Part shown: positions 38,479 to 48,861 of the stretch, piece after piece
Position numbering within the stretch: the stretch's first letter is position 1
How the letters are laid out: each line of letters begins with the position of its first letter
Source of the DNA: Terriglobia bacterium
GTDB taxonomy: Bacteria; Acidobacteriota; Terriglobia; 20CM-2-55-15
Direction of reading: 5' to 3'
Assembly (NCBI GenBank): GCA_963664115.2
Contig: CAXWPJ010000012.1
Location: 192,001 to 256,000 of the forward strand
Length of the DNA: 64,000 bases
Program-made: the position numbers and the translations under genes
The notes under the pieces: model-generated
Told to the model about the DNA's origin: nothing
The model's database searches: none
The model's input: only the letters and a program-made list of their open reading frames with translations

Positions 38479-41058
38479 ATGATCACGTTCCAGACATATT
38501 GGCCAATGTTATTGCTCGCGGTGATTCCTTTCTTCTGGTGGGTGAGCCGGAAGACGCTGATGGATCTGAGTCCGGGGCATCTGAAGCTCGGAACACTTAT
38601 ACGCTCGGCAATTGTTCTGTGCCTCGCGTTGGCCCTGATGCAACCGGTCTGGAACCGTTCCGGCAGCTGGGTCTCGGTAGTCTACATGCTCGACGTTTCC
38701 AAGAGTGTCTCGCCGCAGGCCATTTCAGAAGCGATCGATTGGATCGAGGAGACCGATGCGGCCGGCGGCCCGGACCACTCCCGGTTCATACCGTTCGCCG
38801 CAAACTCACTGGTATTCGAAGAACTGGACGAGCTGAGAACGGTTCAGGTAACCAACATTCCGACCGAAGGAGCAATTGACCAAAGTGCCACTGACCTTGA
38901 AGGCGCGTTGACCCAGGCATCTCGAAGTTTTGCGCCAAATCATCTCAAGCGTCTGGTTCTCATCTCGGACGGTAATGAAAACGTGGGCGCAGTGAAGGAC
39001 TCGATCCTTCGGATGAATCAGGAAAACGTCGAGGTATTCACACGACCTATTGCAGCTCGAACGGGCTCTGACGCCTGGGTGGAAGATGTTATGGCTCCGG
39101 CAACGGTCACCGAGGAAGAGTTGTTTCCGCTCGAGGTTCTCATCCAGAGCCAAGTCGCCACGACGGGAGAAGTGGAAGTTCGCTTCGGCACCGACGACCC
39201 TGAAACTCGTGAGGTCGAACTGGCGCCGGGAATCAATCGCATTGCTTTCGAAATCCGGCCGACCGACACGGGGCCAACGATGATCGAAGCGGAAGTGAGG
39301 ATAGGGGGGGACCGATTCCCGGACAACAACGTCTTTCGACAATCCGTACTCGTCGACGGACCCCCGCGCATTCTCTATATCGAAGGGCGATCCGAGAGCG
39401 CCGATTACCTCCGGAACGTGCTTGAAGGCGAGGGTATCGAAGTTCGCCTCGCCACACCGGGAGAGGTCCCCTTGTTGTTGGAGGAGCTGGATACTTACGC
39501 GGCAATCATATTGAGCGATGTCCGGGCAGACACGATGACACCGGTCGAAATGGAAGCGCTGGCCGTCTACGTCCGGGAACTGGGCGGCGGTTTTCTAATG
39601 ATCGGCGGCGAATCCGTATACGGCGAAGAGGGCTATTCAGAAACGGCGGTTGAAGAGATTCTGCCGGTAAAGTTCGATCTGGAAAGGCCGTCCGTCGCTC
39701 TGATCATCGTGCTCGACAAGTCCGGCAGCATGGGCGGAGAAAAACTCGAACTCGCCAAGGAAGCATCCAAGGCTGCCGTGGATGTACTCCAGGACGATCA
39801 CATGATCGGCATCGTCGCCTTCGACTATGACCACTACTGGCCTGTCGATCTGCGTGAGGCGGATGATCGCGAAGAGATCAATCGGAGGATCAGCAGAATT
39901 ATTGCCGGCGGAGAAACCAATATTTATCCCGCATTGGAGGAAGCCTACGCCGCCCTGATCGACGTTGAAGCGGAGGTCAAGCACATCATTTTACTGTCGG
40001 ACGGCCGGTCGCTCCCTGAAGATTTTGAAAGTCTTGTCCTGGGAATGGACGAGGAAACGATTACGGTTTCTACGGTAGCGGTCGGCAATGGAGCGGACCG
40101 CGAACTCCTGGCCAACATCTCGACCTGGGGTGGCGGCCGCACCTACTTCATGGAAGACGCCAACCGTGTGCCGCAGGTTTTCACAGACGAAGCGGAACTC
40201 GCGACACAAGGAACACTACGGGAGGAACCCTTCCAGGCGGTTGTTCTAAAGGAAGTCGAAGCTTTCAAGGGGATCGATTTCTCAACCAGCCCGCCTTTGC
40301 TCGGCTACGTATCCACTCTCGGAAAGGAAACGGCGGAAATTCTGTTGGAATCCGATGTTGAAAAACCGATATTGGCGCGTTGGCAGTACGGCTTAGGAAA
40401 GACCGTGGCCTTTACCTCCGACGTGAAAGACCGCTGGGCCGCAGAGTGGCTCGATTGGGACGGATACAGCAAGCTCTGGCCTCAGCTGGTACGTGAAACA
40501 ATGAGGCGAAAGGACGATGGCCAACTCGATTTGAAGATCGACAAAGTGGGTGAGTTGGCCCGGATCTCGATCACGGCCCTTGAAGAGGATGGCAGCTTCC
40601 GGGAGCAGTTGACTTCTCAGCTCAGCGTGGTCGATCCACAGCAAAATGTATCGATCGTCAACCTGCGCCATTCCGGACCCGGCTCTTACGAAGGTGAGTT
40701 CCCCGTGGACCAGCGCGGCCCTTACCTGTTTCGAATGACCGGGGATGAAACTGGAGCGTCGCGCATTCTGCCCTACTCCTACCCTGAGGAATATCACTTC
40801 TATCCGCCCGATACGGACCTCTTGAGAGAACTGAGTGCTGTGACCAACGGAACCTTCAGTGCCGATGCGAGCGACATTTTCCGCTCGAGTGCGGAAAACA
40901 TAGTGAGACCCACACCCTTGTGGCCGTATATGGCCGTTGTCGCTCTGTTGCTCTATCTGGGAGATATTTTCCTTCGCCGGATTCGTCTGTTCGAAAAACC
41001 CAGCCCGTCGAAGCCGGCCGCAGCCGGCCCATCAGCCAGCCCCTTAAGCATCTCGTAA
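38479..41058 (+). CDS. Double vWA domain + GATase-like membrane protein
   Basis: MIDAS motifs DVSKS and DKSGS, GGGFLMIGG..YG..GY, WQYGLGK..AFTSD. Confidence 0.85.
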   Translation: MITFQTYWPMLLLAVIPFFWWVSRKTLMDLSPGHLKLGTLIRSAIVLCLALALMQPVWNRSGSWVSVVYMLDVSKSVSPQAISEAIDWIEETDAAGGPDHSRFIPFAANSLVFEELDELRTVQVTNIPTEGAIDQSATDLEGALTQASRSFAPNHLKRLVLISDGNENVGAVKDSILRMNQENVEVFTRPIAARTGSDAWVEDVMAPATVTEEELFPLEVLIQSQVATTGEVEVRFGTDDPETREVELAPGINRIAFEIRPTDTGPTMIEAEVRIGGDRFPDNNVFRQSVLVDGPPRILYIEGRSESADYLRNVLEGEGIEVRLATPGEVPLLLEELDTYAAIILSDVRADTMTPVEMEALAVYVRELGGGFLMIGGESVYGEEGYSETAVEEILPVKFDLERPSVALIIVLDKSGSMGGEKLELAKEASKAAVDVLQDDHMIGIVAFDYDHYWPVDLREADDREEINRRISRIIAGGETNIYPALEEAYAALIDVEAEVKHIILLSDGRSLPEDFESLVLGMDEETITVSTVAVGNGADRELLANISTWGGGRTYFMEDANRVPQVFTDEAELATQGTLREEPFQAVVLKEVEAFKGIDFSTSPPLLGYVSTLGKETAEILLESDVEKPILARWQYGLGKTVAFTSDVKDRWAAEWLDWDGYSKLWPQLVRETMRRKDDGQLDLKIDKVGELARISITALEEDGSFREQLTSQLSVVDPQQNVSIVNLRHSGPGSYEGEFPVDQRGPYLFRMTGDETGASRILPYSYPEEYHFYPPDTDLLRELSAVTNGTFSADASDIFRSSAENIVRPTPLWPYMAVVALLLYLGDIFLRRIRLFEKPSPSKPAAAGPSASPLSIS

Positions 41059-41060
41059 AA

Positions 41061-41690
41061 CTAAAAGGTGAGCGTACCGGCTAGCGCGATCCGAAGCATG
41101 GCGTAGACCACCCACCCCCCGATTATCATGGCGGGACCCAGTCGAGGTGAGGCGTCCGGTCCGAGGAATCGATAGCCCACGACCAACAAAACGATCACCC
41201 ATATCGAAATCACGTCGATCATGCTGGCAGCCACGAAGAACTCCACTGACACCAACTCGGGGTCGAGCATGCGGGCCATACTGAGTCGCCCGGCTTGAAG
41301 GGAAGGTATTTCCTGTGGACTGGAGCTTACAAGAACCACGCTCTGTGCCAGGTGATAGAGAGCTGAAGGAACAAAAGCCAGAGCCGTGACGGATAAATAA
41401 CTCCTGTAACTACGAAAGCGCCCGAAGAAAGAACAAATCCCGAAGAACAGACTCGAGACCAAGAGCACAACCACCGCAGGTCCAAAAATGGCGACCACCA
41501 GCCCGATCTGCCAGATACCTCGCAGCGAAGGATCAGCAGGTGGAAATTTGAAGTAGACGATCAGGCTTGTCAGGGCGGCAAACAGGGTAGGTATGAAGAC
41601 CGGTGCGATTACGACGGGTCGATCCAGAGCTTCTGACAGCGTCGCCGTGGGCCTCCAGAACACCCTGATCGCTCGGTACAAGTCATCCAT
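41061..41690 (-). CDS. Yip1-family membrane protein
   Basis: N-terminal FWRPTAT followed by about 5 TM helices. Confidence 0.6.
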   Translation of the reverse strand: MDDLYRAIRVFWRPTATLSEALDRPVVIAPVFIPTLFAALTSLIVYFKFPPADPSLRGIWQIGLVVAIFGPAVVVLLVSSLFFGICSFFGRFRSYRSYLSVTALAFVPSALYHLAQSVVLVSSSPQEIPSLQAGRLSMARMLDPELVSVEFFVAASMIDVISIWVIVLLVVGYRFLGPDASPRLGPAMIIGGWVVYAMLRIALAGTLTF

Positions 41691-41775
41691 AGGGTTCTAA
41701 GAAGGGGACGGACACTTCCAGTCGAAATACACTCTCCAAGCCACAATTGCACATGAAGTGTCCGTCCCCTTCCCG

Positions 41776-42657
41776 TCACTGTTCTGGAACTTCACGCAGG
41801 ACGTCCACGGTGACGTCGACGATACCGATCTCGACACGGCGATTGCTGGCGCGTGCTTCAGCGCTGGTTCCCTCGACGCGGGGGCTCGACTGACCGTAAC
41901 CGCGGGTCGTAATGATGTCGGCACTGATGCCAGACTCGACGATGTAGTCGCGGACCGATTCGGCCCGCCTCTCAGACAGCAGCTGATTGTATGCTTCCGT
42001 ACCCACGTCGTCGGAATGTCCGTAGACATAAACGGAATAACCGGCCGAAGTCAGGAGAACCCCGGATATTCGGCTCAATAGTTCGCGTTCTTCAAAACCT
42101 AGATCGGCCCGGTCGAACGCGAATTCGATCGCGTCGGTTCCGAGGTTCATGACCAATCCCAAAGCAGTCCGCCGTGTCTCCACGATCGCGCTGAGGGCTC
42201 GTTCCAGCCGGTCCAGTTCTGCCTGGCGTTCCCGTCGGATTTGTTCCGCTTCCTGACGGGCCGTTGCAGCATCTGCTGCAGCCGATGCTGCCAGTGCCTC
42301 AGCCTCCGCGCGTCCCGATTCCGCATTCCGTCTCGCTTCTTCCGCAACCACACGCGTACGCGCGGCTTCCTGTGCATTTTCCTCGGCACCGACAGCACGC
42401 GTCATCGCTTCTTCTGCGGAAATTGCTGCATTCTGTGCAACATCGAGGGCTTCGGAAACCTGCACACCCGTCTCGGTCACGCGCGTGCCGAGAGCTCCAA
42501 CGCGATCTTCAATGTTCGACATCTGTTCCAGGATCAAATAACCCATGACCCCAATCCCTGTCAGAACGACAAGAGTTGCTATCACCAGTCCGATCCCGGA
42601 CGCACCATGCCCGGAGTTCGGCTCACCCGATTCAGACGCATGTTTCGAAGAGTTCAT
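41776..42657 (-). CDS. OmpA/MotB peptidoglycan-binding protein with TM anchor and coiled coil
   Basis: FAFDRA, GHSDDVG..YNQLLSERRAESV, GYG..P, NRRVEI. Confidence 0.9.
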   Translation of the reverse strand: MNSSKHASESGEPNSGHGASGIGLVIATLVVLTGIGVMGYLILEQMSNIEDRVGALGTRVTETGVQVSEALDVAQNAAISAEEAMTRAVGAEENAQEAARTRVVAEEARRNAESGRAEAEALAASAAADAATARQEAEQIRRERQAELDRLERALSAIVETRRTALGLVMNLGTDAIEFAFDRADLGFEERELLSRISGVLLTSAGYSVYVYGHSDDVGTEAYNQLLSERRAESVRDYIVESGISADIITTRGYGQSSPRVEGTSAEARASNRRVEIGIVDVTVDVLREVPEQ

Positions 42658-42773
42658 CTATCTGCAGTCACCTGCATTAGGGGACGGTCGCTTCATTCTC
42701 CGGATTGCTCCGTATCGAACACGATCACAACGTGAGAGACCTGCCGCACGAAATTTCCGTCCCTGCAAGATGC

Positions 42774-43457
42774 TTACGACCCCTTGGGACGACCCAGGTC
42801 TCCATTTCCGCGAGCCTTCTCAGCGGTCCGCTTCTGGTGGAGTTGCTGTCGCAGATTTTCGTTGGCACTCTTAAGGTTGTCAATCAAGGCACCCAACCTG
42901 TCCTCGGCTGAAGTCATTTCCAACAGCCTCTGCTTGTCGCTAAACTCCATGTCGAGCACATACGCGACCATGAATGAGAGTTCAGAGGCGGTATCAGGCA
43001 GTTCCAACTCAGCCGGTCTTTCACCGGTGAGTTCGACGCCCTTTTTGTAGGCATCGATATAAAGTTCTCCAACTTCAGCCTGCAATTCTTCCAGCGCCGG
43101 CCCCGATTCGTCCAGATCATCAACCGTTTCGATAACGGCTCTCCAGAAAGGCTGCGGTTCCTTGAGTTCCAAAATCCGGAATCGTTCCTCGCCCTCGGTC
43201 ACTATGTTCAGGCGTCCATCATCGAGCCGCTCCACCCGAACAACACGTGCAAGCACACCGACTTTCTCGATGTTCGAAGCTCTTTCCGGTTCACCGCTCA
43301 CCAAAACGACGCCGAAGGGACTTTCACTGTCGATACACGTCTCGATCATTGTCTTGTAACGCTCTTCGAATATATGTAGCGGCAATCGGACGCTCGGAAA
43401 GAGAACGACATTGGGAAGTGGAAAAAGCGGAATCTCAATGTAGTCGGAGTGCGGCAT
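42774..43457 (-). CDS. LON peptidase substrate-binding (N-terminal) domain protein
   Basis: IPLFPLPNVVLFP..LPLHIFEERY..M, DGR, KQRLLE. Confidence 0.9.
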   Translation of the reverse strand: MPHSDYIEIPLFPLPNVVLFPSVRLPLHIFEERYKTMIETCIDSESPFGVVLVSGEPERASNIEKVGVLARVVRVERLDDGRLNIVTEGEERFRILELKEPQPFWRAVIETVDDLDESGPALEELQAEVGELYIDAYKKGVELTGERPAELELPDTASELSFMVAYVLDMEFSDKQRLLEMTSAEDRLGALIDNLKSANENLRQQLHQKRTAEKARGNGDLGRPKGS

Positions 43458-43606
43458 CAGCCTTCAGAATACAAGCGATGCCACCGATGGATTAGGGAAT
43501 TGTCTCCGAGTATTTGCAGACCGGAGGACGAACGGCGGTTCCGCTCAGATTGCTTGTAACGTGTACACCCCGCCTCGGGGTCAGCGCCGACCCGTCGTAC
43601 AGGGCA

Positions 43607-44089
43607 CTAAATGAAGAGTTCTTCGTCGTGCCTGGTTTCGTCAGAGGAGTCGCGGCCCTTCCGGTTTAAGAGGAATTCGAAACCCTTGCTGACACCTCGC
43701 GCCAACGCTCCAACTTCCCGAACCGGACGAATGATGGATTCCTGAACCACGTCAACGGTTTCGTTTACACGTTCGCTGACGTCACGGCTCATGCGATCGA
43801 CCCTCTCGAGTTGATCCTGCAGTGTTCGGCCTGTCTCCCCGATCATTTCTTCGACGTTGTGCACCTGCTCTCGAGCGGCACGGCCAACCTCAACGACATC
43901 TTCGGAAACGGTTTTCAAGTTGTCGGTAACCGTCTTCAGCGACGGCATCAACTCGCGAAGCTGGCCAAGCGTGAGTTCGATCTGCCCTACAACCCGCTTC
44001 GAGAGCAAGTATAGACTCAGCAATATACCGGCCTGCAGCATCACGGCGGCGGCGGTCAGCGCGACAAAAAGAGTCAACAAACCTTCCAA
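43607..44089 (-). CDS. DUF948/YtxG-like membrane-anchored coiled-coil protein
   Basis: N-terminal TM, heptad region; lies next to ytxH. Confidence 0.6.
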   Translation of the reverse strand: MEGLLTLFVALTAAAVMLQAGILLSLYLLSKRVVGQIELTLGQLRELMPSLKTVTDNLKTVSEDVVEVGRAAREQVHNVEEMIGETGRTLQDQLERVDRMSRDVSERVNETVDVVQESIIRPVREVGALARGVSKGFEFLLNRKGRDSSDETRHDEELFI

Positions 44090-44101
44090 GGCATCCTCCG
44101 A

Positions 44102-44461
44102 TCAGTCCGTGGCGTCCTTCTCCTGAAGGTAGGCCTCTTTGCCTGCTTCAAAAGCAGCACTGAATTGCCCTTTCTGTTTCTCGAGGGCCTCTCTGCCCTT
44201 GTCCACAAGATCATTGACTTCGCCCTTGCCACGGTCGACCAAAGACGTCACTTCCTTGCCGACGCGGCGGCCGCCGTCTTCCACAACTTTTCGGCTCTCT
44301 TCAACCTTGCTATCCAGGAATTCACGTCCCTCCAGCGTTCGTCTGGAGATGTCGTCACGCGTTTCCCGGCCGGATTGGGGTGCAAACAGCAACGCAATCG
44401 CGCCACCCACTCCCGCGCCGGCAAGAAAATAAAGAAACTTGTCTCCGAAGCTACTACTCAT
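44102..44461 (-). CDS. YtxH domain protein
   Basis: FLAGAGVGGAIALLFAPQSGRETR; GGAGG SD. Confidence 0.9.
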   Translation of the reverse strand: MSSSFGDKFLYFLAGAGVGGAIALLFAPQSGRETRDDISRRTLEGREFLDSKVEESRKVVEDGGRRVGKEVTSLVDRGKGEVNDLVDKGREALEKQKGQFSAAFEAGKEAYLQEKDATD

Positions 44462-44558
44462 ATCGACCTCCCATTGACCTAAATCGATAGTAACACAGGA
44501 GCGTTGGGGAATAGAGGAGCACGCACTCGACTCACCCGTGGTGGAATTCTAGCGTCTG

Positions 44559-46370
44559 CTAAGCTGGGTCGAAGTGACGGCGAATCGATTCCACCTGGCG
44601 CCGGTTTGCCACCTTCAAAAGGTCTTCAATGGATGCCTGGCTCACTTTCTTTACCGAGCCGAAGTGATCAAGCAGCTTACGTGCCGTCCGCCCTCCGATG
44701 CCCACGATCTCCGTGAGTTCGGTCGCGCGCCCCCGGCGCGCTCGGCGCTGACGGTGAAAGGTGACGGCAAAGCGGTGACTTTCGTCACGGATCTGCTGAA
44801 TCAGGCGCAGGACCGGGGAACGTGGATCGAGCATGACCGGCTCATCTTCGCGACCCGCGATAAAAATAATTTCCTCACGCTTGGCGATACTCGCCAATGG
44901 TTGATCGACAATGTTCAGGTCGTCGAGAGCAGCCTGGGCAGCGTGGAGCTGGCCGAGCCCGCCATCGATGAGGATCAGGTCGGGCATTCTCTGCTTCTCT
45001 TCCATCACACGGCGGTAGCGGCGGGCGACAACCTCGCGCATGCTCTTGAAATCATCCGGTTGACCGGAAACGGACCGGACCACGAAGCGGCGATATTCAG
45101 ACTTCCTCATGCCACCCTCACGCCAGACGACCATCGAAGCGACGATGTCACTTGCCTGGAGGTTGGATATGTCAAAAGCCTCCACCCTCTTGGGCGTCTT
45201 CTCCAATTCGAGTGTCTCTCGAACATCGCGGGCAATCGTTGAAGCCGAGGGCGTTGCCGTGCGGAATCGTTGATCGAATGACAACTTGGCATTACGGCGT
45301 ACCAGTTCCATCATCTCCCGCTTGGATCCCCGCACGGGCGTTCGAAATTCGACCTTCCGCCCCTTTTTCTCAGTCAATCGGTCGGACAGAACCTCCTGGT
45401 CCTCGAAAGCAATCGGCACGTGGATCTCAATAGGAATAAACGGCGCATCCAGGTAGTACTGCTTCAACAGTGCGCCCAGGAACTGGGCGGGATCGAAACT
45501 TTCCTGGTCCTCCCAAAAGAGTTCTTTCTTGTTGACGACTCTGCCGCCACGCATGTGGAACGCGGAAACGGCGACCTGAGGTCCATCCCGGTGCAAACCA
45601 AATATGTCGATGTCATCGGACCCGGCCGAGGCCATTTTCTGCCGTTCACCCACCTGTTGAATCGTCCGAATAGCATCACGGTGATGCCCCGCGGCTTCGT
45701 ACTGCTGGCTGTCTGCGGCAGCGGCCATCTTGCCCTCCAACCGGGCAACGAGATCCCGTGTCCTCCCTTCCAGGAATAGACGCACGTCCTGAACCGCTTC
45801 CATATACGCTTCACGGCTCGAAAGTTCCTCCACGCACGGCGCCATACATCGATGGATGTGGTACTGCAGGCATGGGCGCCCCCGCCTGCCGTCAATCCGA
45901 ATGTTGCAGTTGCGAACCAGAAAATGCCGTTCGATCAGTCGGAGGGTTTTTCGAGCGAGACCGCCCGGGAAGAAAGGACCAAAGTAGAGGGCGCCATCTT
46001 TGCGGACTCGCCGAGTGATCAACGCTTTGGGATAGGGTTCGTTGAGCGTGAGTTTGATATAGGGGTAGGTCTTGTCGTCCCGAAGCAGCACGTTGTATCT
46101 GGGTTTGTTCGCCTTGATGAGGTTATTTTCGAGCGCCAGGGCCTCGCCCTCGGTATCGGTAACGATAAACTCCACGTCTCGAATCTGCTCTATCATCCGA
46201 TCCCGCAGGGGATCGTGCGTCCGGGATTCCTGAAAGTAACTGCGGACGCGGTTCCGCAAAGATTTAGCCTTCCCGACATAGAGAACCACGCTTCCGGCGT
46301 CCCGATATAGATACACACCGGGGCCCGTTGGAATTGTCTTCAACTTAGCGTCGAGCTTTGGATTCGACAA
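44559..46370 (-). CDS. uvrC: Excinuclease ABC subunit C
   Basis: PGVYLY...YVGKAKSLRNRVRSYF GIY-YIG, FDISN, LIDGG.GQ, RDESHRFA, HhH. Start approximate (TTG 46370). Confidence 0.96.
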   Translation of the reverse strand: MSNPKLDAKLKTIPTGPGVYLYRDAGSVVLYVGKAKSLRNRVRSYFQESRTHDPLRDRMIEQIRDVEFIVTDTEGEALALENNLIKANKPRYNVLLRDDKTYPYIKLTLNEPYPKALITRRVRKDGALYFGPFFPGGLARKTLRLIERHFLVRNCNIRIDGRRGRPCLQYHIHRCMAPCVEELSSREAYMEAVQDVRLFLEGRTRDLVARLEGKMAAAADSQQYEAAGHHRDAIRTIQQVGERQKMASAGSDDIDIFGLHRDGPQVAVSAFHMRGGRVVNKKELFWEDQESFDPAQFLGALLKQYYLDAPFIPIEIHVPIAFEDQEVLSDRLTEKKGRKVEFRTPVRGSKREMMELVRRNAKLSFDQRFRTATPSASTIARDVRETLELEKTPKRVEAFDISNLQASDIVASMVVWREGGMRKSEYRRFVVRSVSGQPDDFKSMREVVARRYRRVMEEKQRMPDLILIDGGLGQLHAAQAALDDLNIVDQPLASIAKREEIIFIAGREDEPVMLDPRSPVLRLIQQIRDESHRFAVTFHRQRRARRGRATELTEIVGIGGRTARKLLDHFGSVKKVSQASIEDLLKVANRRQVESIRRHFDPA

Positions 46371-46460
46371 AGTACTTAATATCGCGGAAGCCCCTCGCTC
46401 GAAACATGGAGACAGAGGCTGCCGAGTCCTAGAGCAGCAAGGGTTTACGGACGATCTCAA

Positions 46461-46502
46461 ATTATAACAAGCCTTGACCGCATCATGCCTTTAACGTAGA
46501 GT
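46461..46502. promoter_or_regulatory. Overlapping divergent sigma70 promoters (cyclase: TTGACC-17-TAGAGT; uvrC: TGtTATAAT)
   Basis: Plus strand TTGACC 46474-46479 and TAGAGT 46497-46502; minus strand TGTTATAAT 46469-46461. Confidence 0.55.
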
Positions 46503-46526
46503 GCCGCCTTAGAAACTCCCTAACAG

Positions 46527-48857
46527 ATGCAGCCGAGCCAGCTGCCGGGGCCAATCAGCATGAAACGCCGCATCCCAACCATTCTGGGTGTCTTCTTCAC
46601 GCTTCTGTTCACCCTCCTGGCGGCTAACCGCTTGGACTGGACGGCGGAAAGCTTCCTGACGAGCCTGGACATGCAGTGGCTGGACGCCAAGTTCAGAATG
46701 CGCGGGGAAAGAGCGCCCGGAAACGACCTGGTCCTGGTGGCGCTCGACGACAGGTCCCTGGAAGCGCTGGGTTCGGCCCGCCTTTTCGAGCGTCATCACG
46801 CGGCCCGGCTTGTGGATCAGCTCCACCAGGCAGGGGCCCGGGTCATCGGCTTCGACATCACGTACAGCGAAGTCGACCCCACCAATCCTGAAAACGACCG
46901 CCTTTTCGCTGAAGCGATTGAAAACGCGGGCAACGTTGTGTTGGGCGCGTATTTTGAGCTGGAGGCTACGACCGGAGTAAGCGGCGAACGGGGCGAGTTG
47001 AGTCCCGAGTTCCAGGAAATCGTTATCGAAAAACAGGTGTACCCTTCACTCCGAACCAGCGGCGCTGAAGGCGGGGAAACGCTTATTCAGGGCAAGACTC
47101 TGGTAATGAATCTGCCTTCACTGACCCGGGCGGCAGCGTCTTTCGGATCCGTCAACGTCCACACCGATTCCGACGGTTCTCCCAGATATCAGCCACAGTT
47201 CATCGAGTGGGGCGGGCGATTGTATCCGTCGCTGGACCTGCAACTGCTGAAGCGCTACCTGGACGTACCGTCGGTGGGCGTAACGATGCAAGACGGCCGC
47301 ATGGAACAGGTACAGGTCGGCGATTACATCATTCCGACAGACCGATACGGGCGTTACATGGTCAATTTTAACGGGCCAGCCAACACCTATCCGACGGTGT
47401 CCTGGATCGACGTCGAAGAAGGACGCGTGGATCCCGCTGCACTCAATGACAAGATCGTGCTCGTCGGTCCCACGGCTATCGGTCTCGGAGATGTGCTCCC
47501 CACCCCTTTCGACCCCGTCCTTCCCGGGGTCGAACTGCACGCGAACATCATCGACAACGTTCTCCAGCAAAACTACCTGGTACGCGGCACGATCGCTTCC
47601 ATGACCGACCTGCTCCTGATCCTGGGCGGGGGCATCCTCGTGTCCTTATATCTGCCGAAATTGGGAGCGACGCGCAGCATCATCTACACAGTGGTGGGCT
47701 TGCTCGGGTTTACGGGCCTGAACGTCTGGGTCTTTCTGCAATTCAACTGGGTGCTGAGCTACGTTTACCCCGGACTGTCCCTGGTTGTCACCAGCGGTTC
47801 CCTGATCTCCTACAAGTACCTCACCGAAGAACGGGAAAAGAAACGGACCAAGCAAGTCTTCTCGCACTATCTCGATCAGGCGGTTATCGACCAGGTCATC
47901 GATCAACCCGACAAGCTCAAGTTGGGTGGCGAAAAGCACAGCCTGACCGTCCTCTTTTCCGACATCCGGGGTTTCAGCACATTCTCAGAGCAGATGACGC
48001 CTCAGGAACTGGTCGGTTTCCTCAACACCTACTTCGACGAAATGACCGAGATTATCTTTAAGAACCAGGGAACGCTGGACAAATTGATCGGGGATGCAGT
48101 CATGTGTTTCTGGGGACACCCTGTCGAAACTGAGGAACATCCCCTCCGCGCAACCATCGCCGCACTGGAAATGATGCAAGCTGTCCGGCGGATTCAGGAA
48201 ACAGTCGATCTGCCCGGAGGACATCTCTTCGACATCCGCATCGGAGTCAATACCGGGGATATGGTTGTCGGCAACATGGGTTCACAACATCGATTCAGCT
48301 ACACGGTAATGGGCGACGATGTGAACCTGGGAGCACGTCTTGAGCCGCTTAACAACTACTACGGCACAAGCATCATGATTAGCGACAGCACCTATGAATG
48401 TGTCAAGGACCGCATCCTCTGCCGGGAATTGGACCGCGTCACGGTGAAGGGTAAGAAGCACGCCGTAACGATCTATGAACCCCTTGGGTTGCGGGAAGCG
48501 GAAAACGAACAACGCACGTCAGATCGACGTGGCGACCCGACCCTCTGGAAGCGAATCAAGGGCGCCTACGTCAGAGGACGACACGGGGAACGGCGACACA
48601 ATGAGCGGCGACAGGGATCGGCAGGCCTGATCGCCGATAGGAAGTGGGACGAAATCCTGAAACACTACGCGCACGCGCTGGATCTTTACCGGAAGGCCGA
48701 TTTCGACGCTTCCGATCAGGCGTTCGATCATGTATTGAAACTTGCGCCTGGAGATGGCCCTTCGAGTATTATGAAGGCCCGAATCGAAAAGTACCGTTTG
48801 GAATTCGCTGGCGCCGAGTCGGACTTTGACCCGGTTCATAAATTTGATGCGAAATAA
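46527..48857 (+). CDS. CHASE2-domain class III adenylate cyclase
   Basis: CHASE2 (IGFDI..SE...D..FA.AI, PGVELHA), 3 TM, LFSDIRGFS, DKLIGDAVM, YTVMGDDVNLGARLE (K/T residues typical of ATP-specific enzymes). Start may be ATG 46560. Confidence 0.93.
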   Translation: MQPSQLPGPISMKRRIPTILGVFFTLLFTLLAANRLDWTAESFLTSLDMQWLDAKFRMRGERAPGNDLVLVALDDRSLEALGSARLFERHHAARLVDQLHQAGARVIGFDITYSEVDPTNPENDRLFAEAIENAGNVVLGAYFELEATTGVSGERGELSPEFQEIVIEKQVYPSLRTSGAEGGETLIQGKTLVMNLPSLTRAAASFGSVNVHTDSDGSPRYQPQFIEWGGRLYPSLDLQLLKRYLDVPSVGVTMQDGRMEQVQVGDYIIPTDRYGRYMVNFNGPANTYPTVSWIDVEEGRVDPAALNDKIVLVGPTAIGLGDVLPTPFDPVLPGVELHANIIDNVLQQNYLVRGTIASMTDLLLILGGGILVSLYLPKLGATRSIIYTVVGLLGFTGLNVWVFLQFNWVLSYVYPGLSLVVTSGSLISYKYLTEEREKKRTKQVFSHYLDQAVIDQVIDQPDKLKLGGEKHSLTVLFSDIRGFSTFSEQMTPQELVGFLNTYFDEMTEIIFKNQGTLDKLIGDAVMCFWGHPVETEEHPLRATIAALEMMQAVRRIQETVDLPGGHLFDIRIGVNTGDMVVGNMGSQHRFSYTVMGDDVNLGARLEPLNNYYGTSIMISDSTYECVKDRILCRELDRVTVKGKKHAVTIYEPLGLREAENEQRTSDRRGDPTLWKRIKGAYVRGRHGERRHNERRQGSAGLIADRKWDEILKHYAHALDLYRKADFDASDQAFDHVLKLAPGDGPSSIMKARIEKYRLEFAGAESDFDPVHKFDAK

Positions 48858-48861
48858 CACG

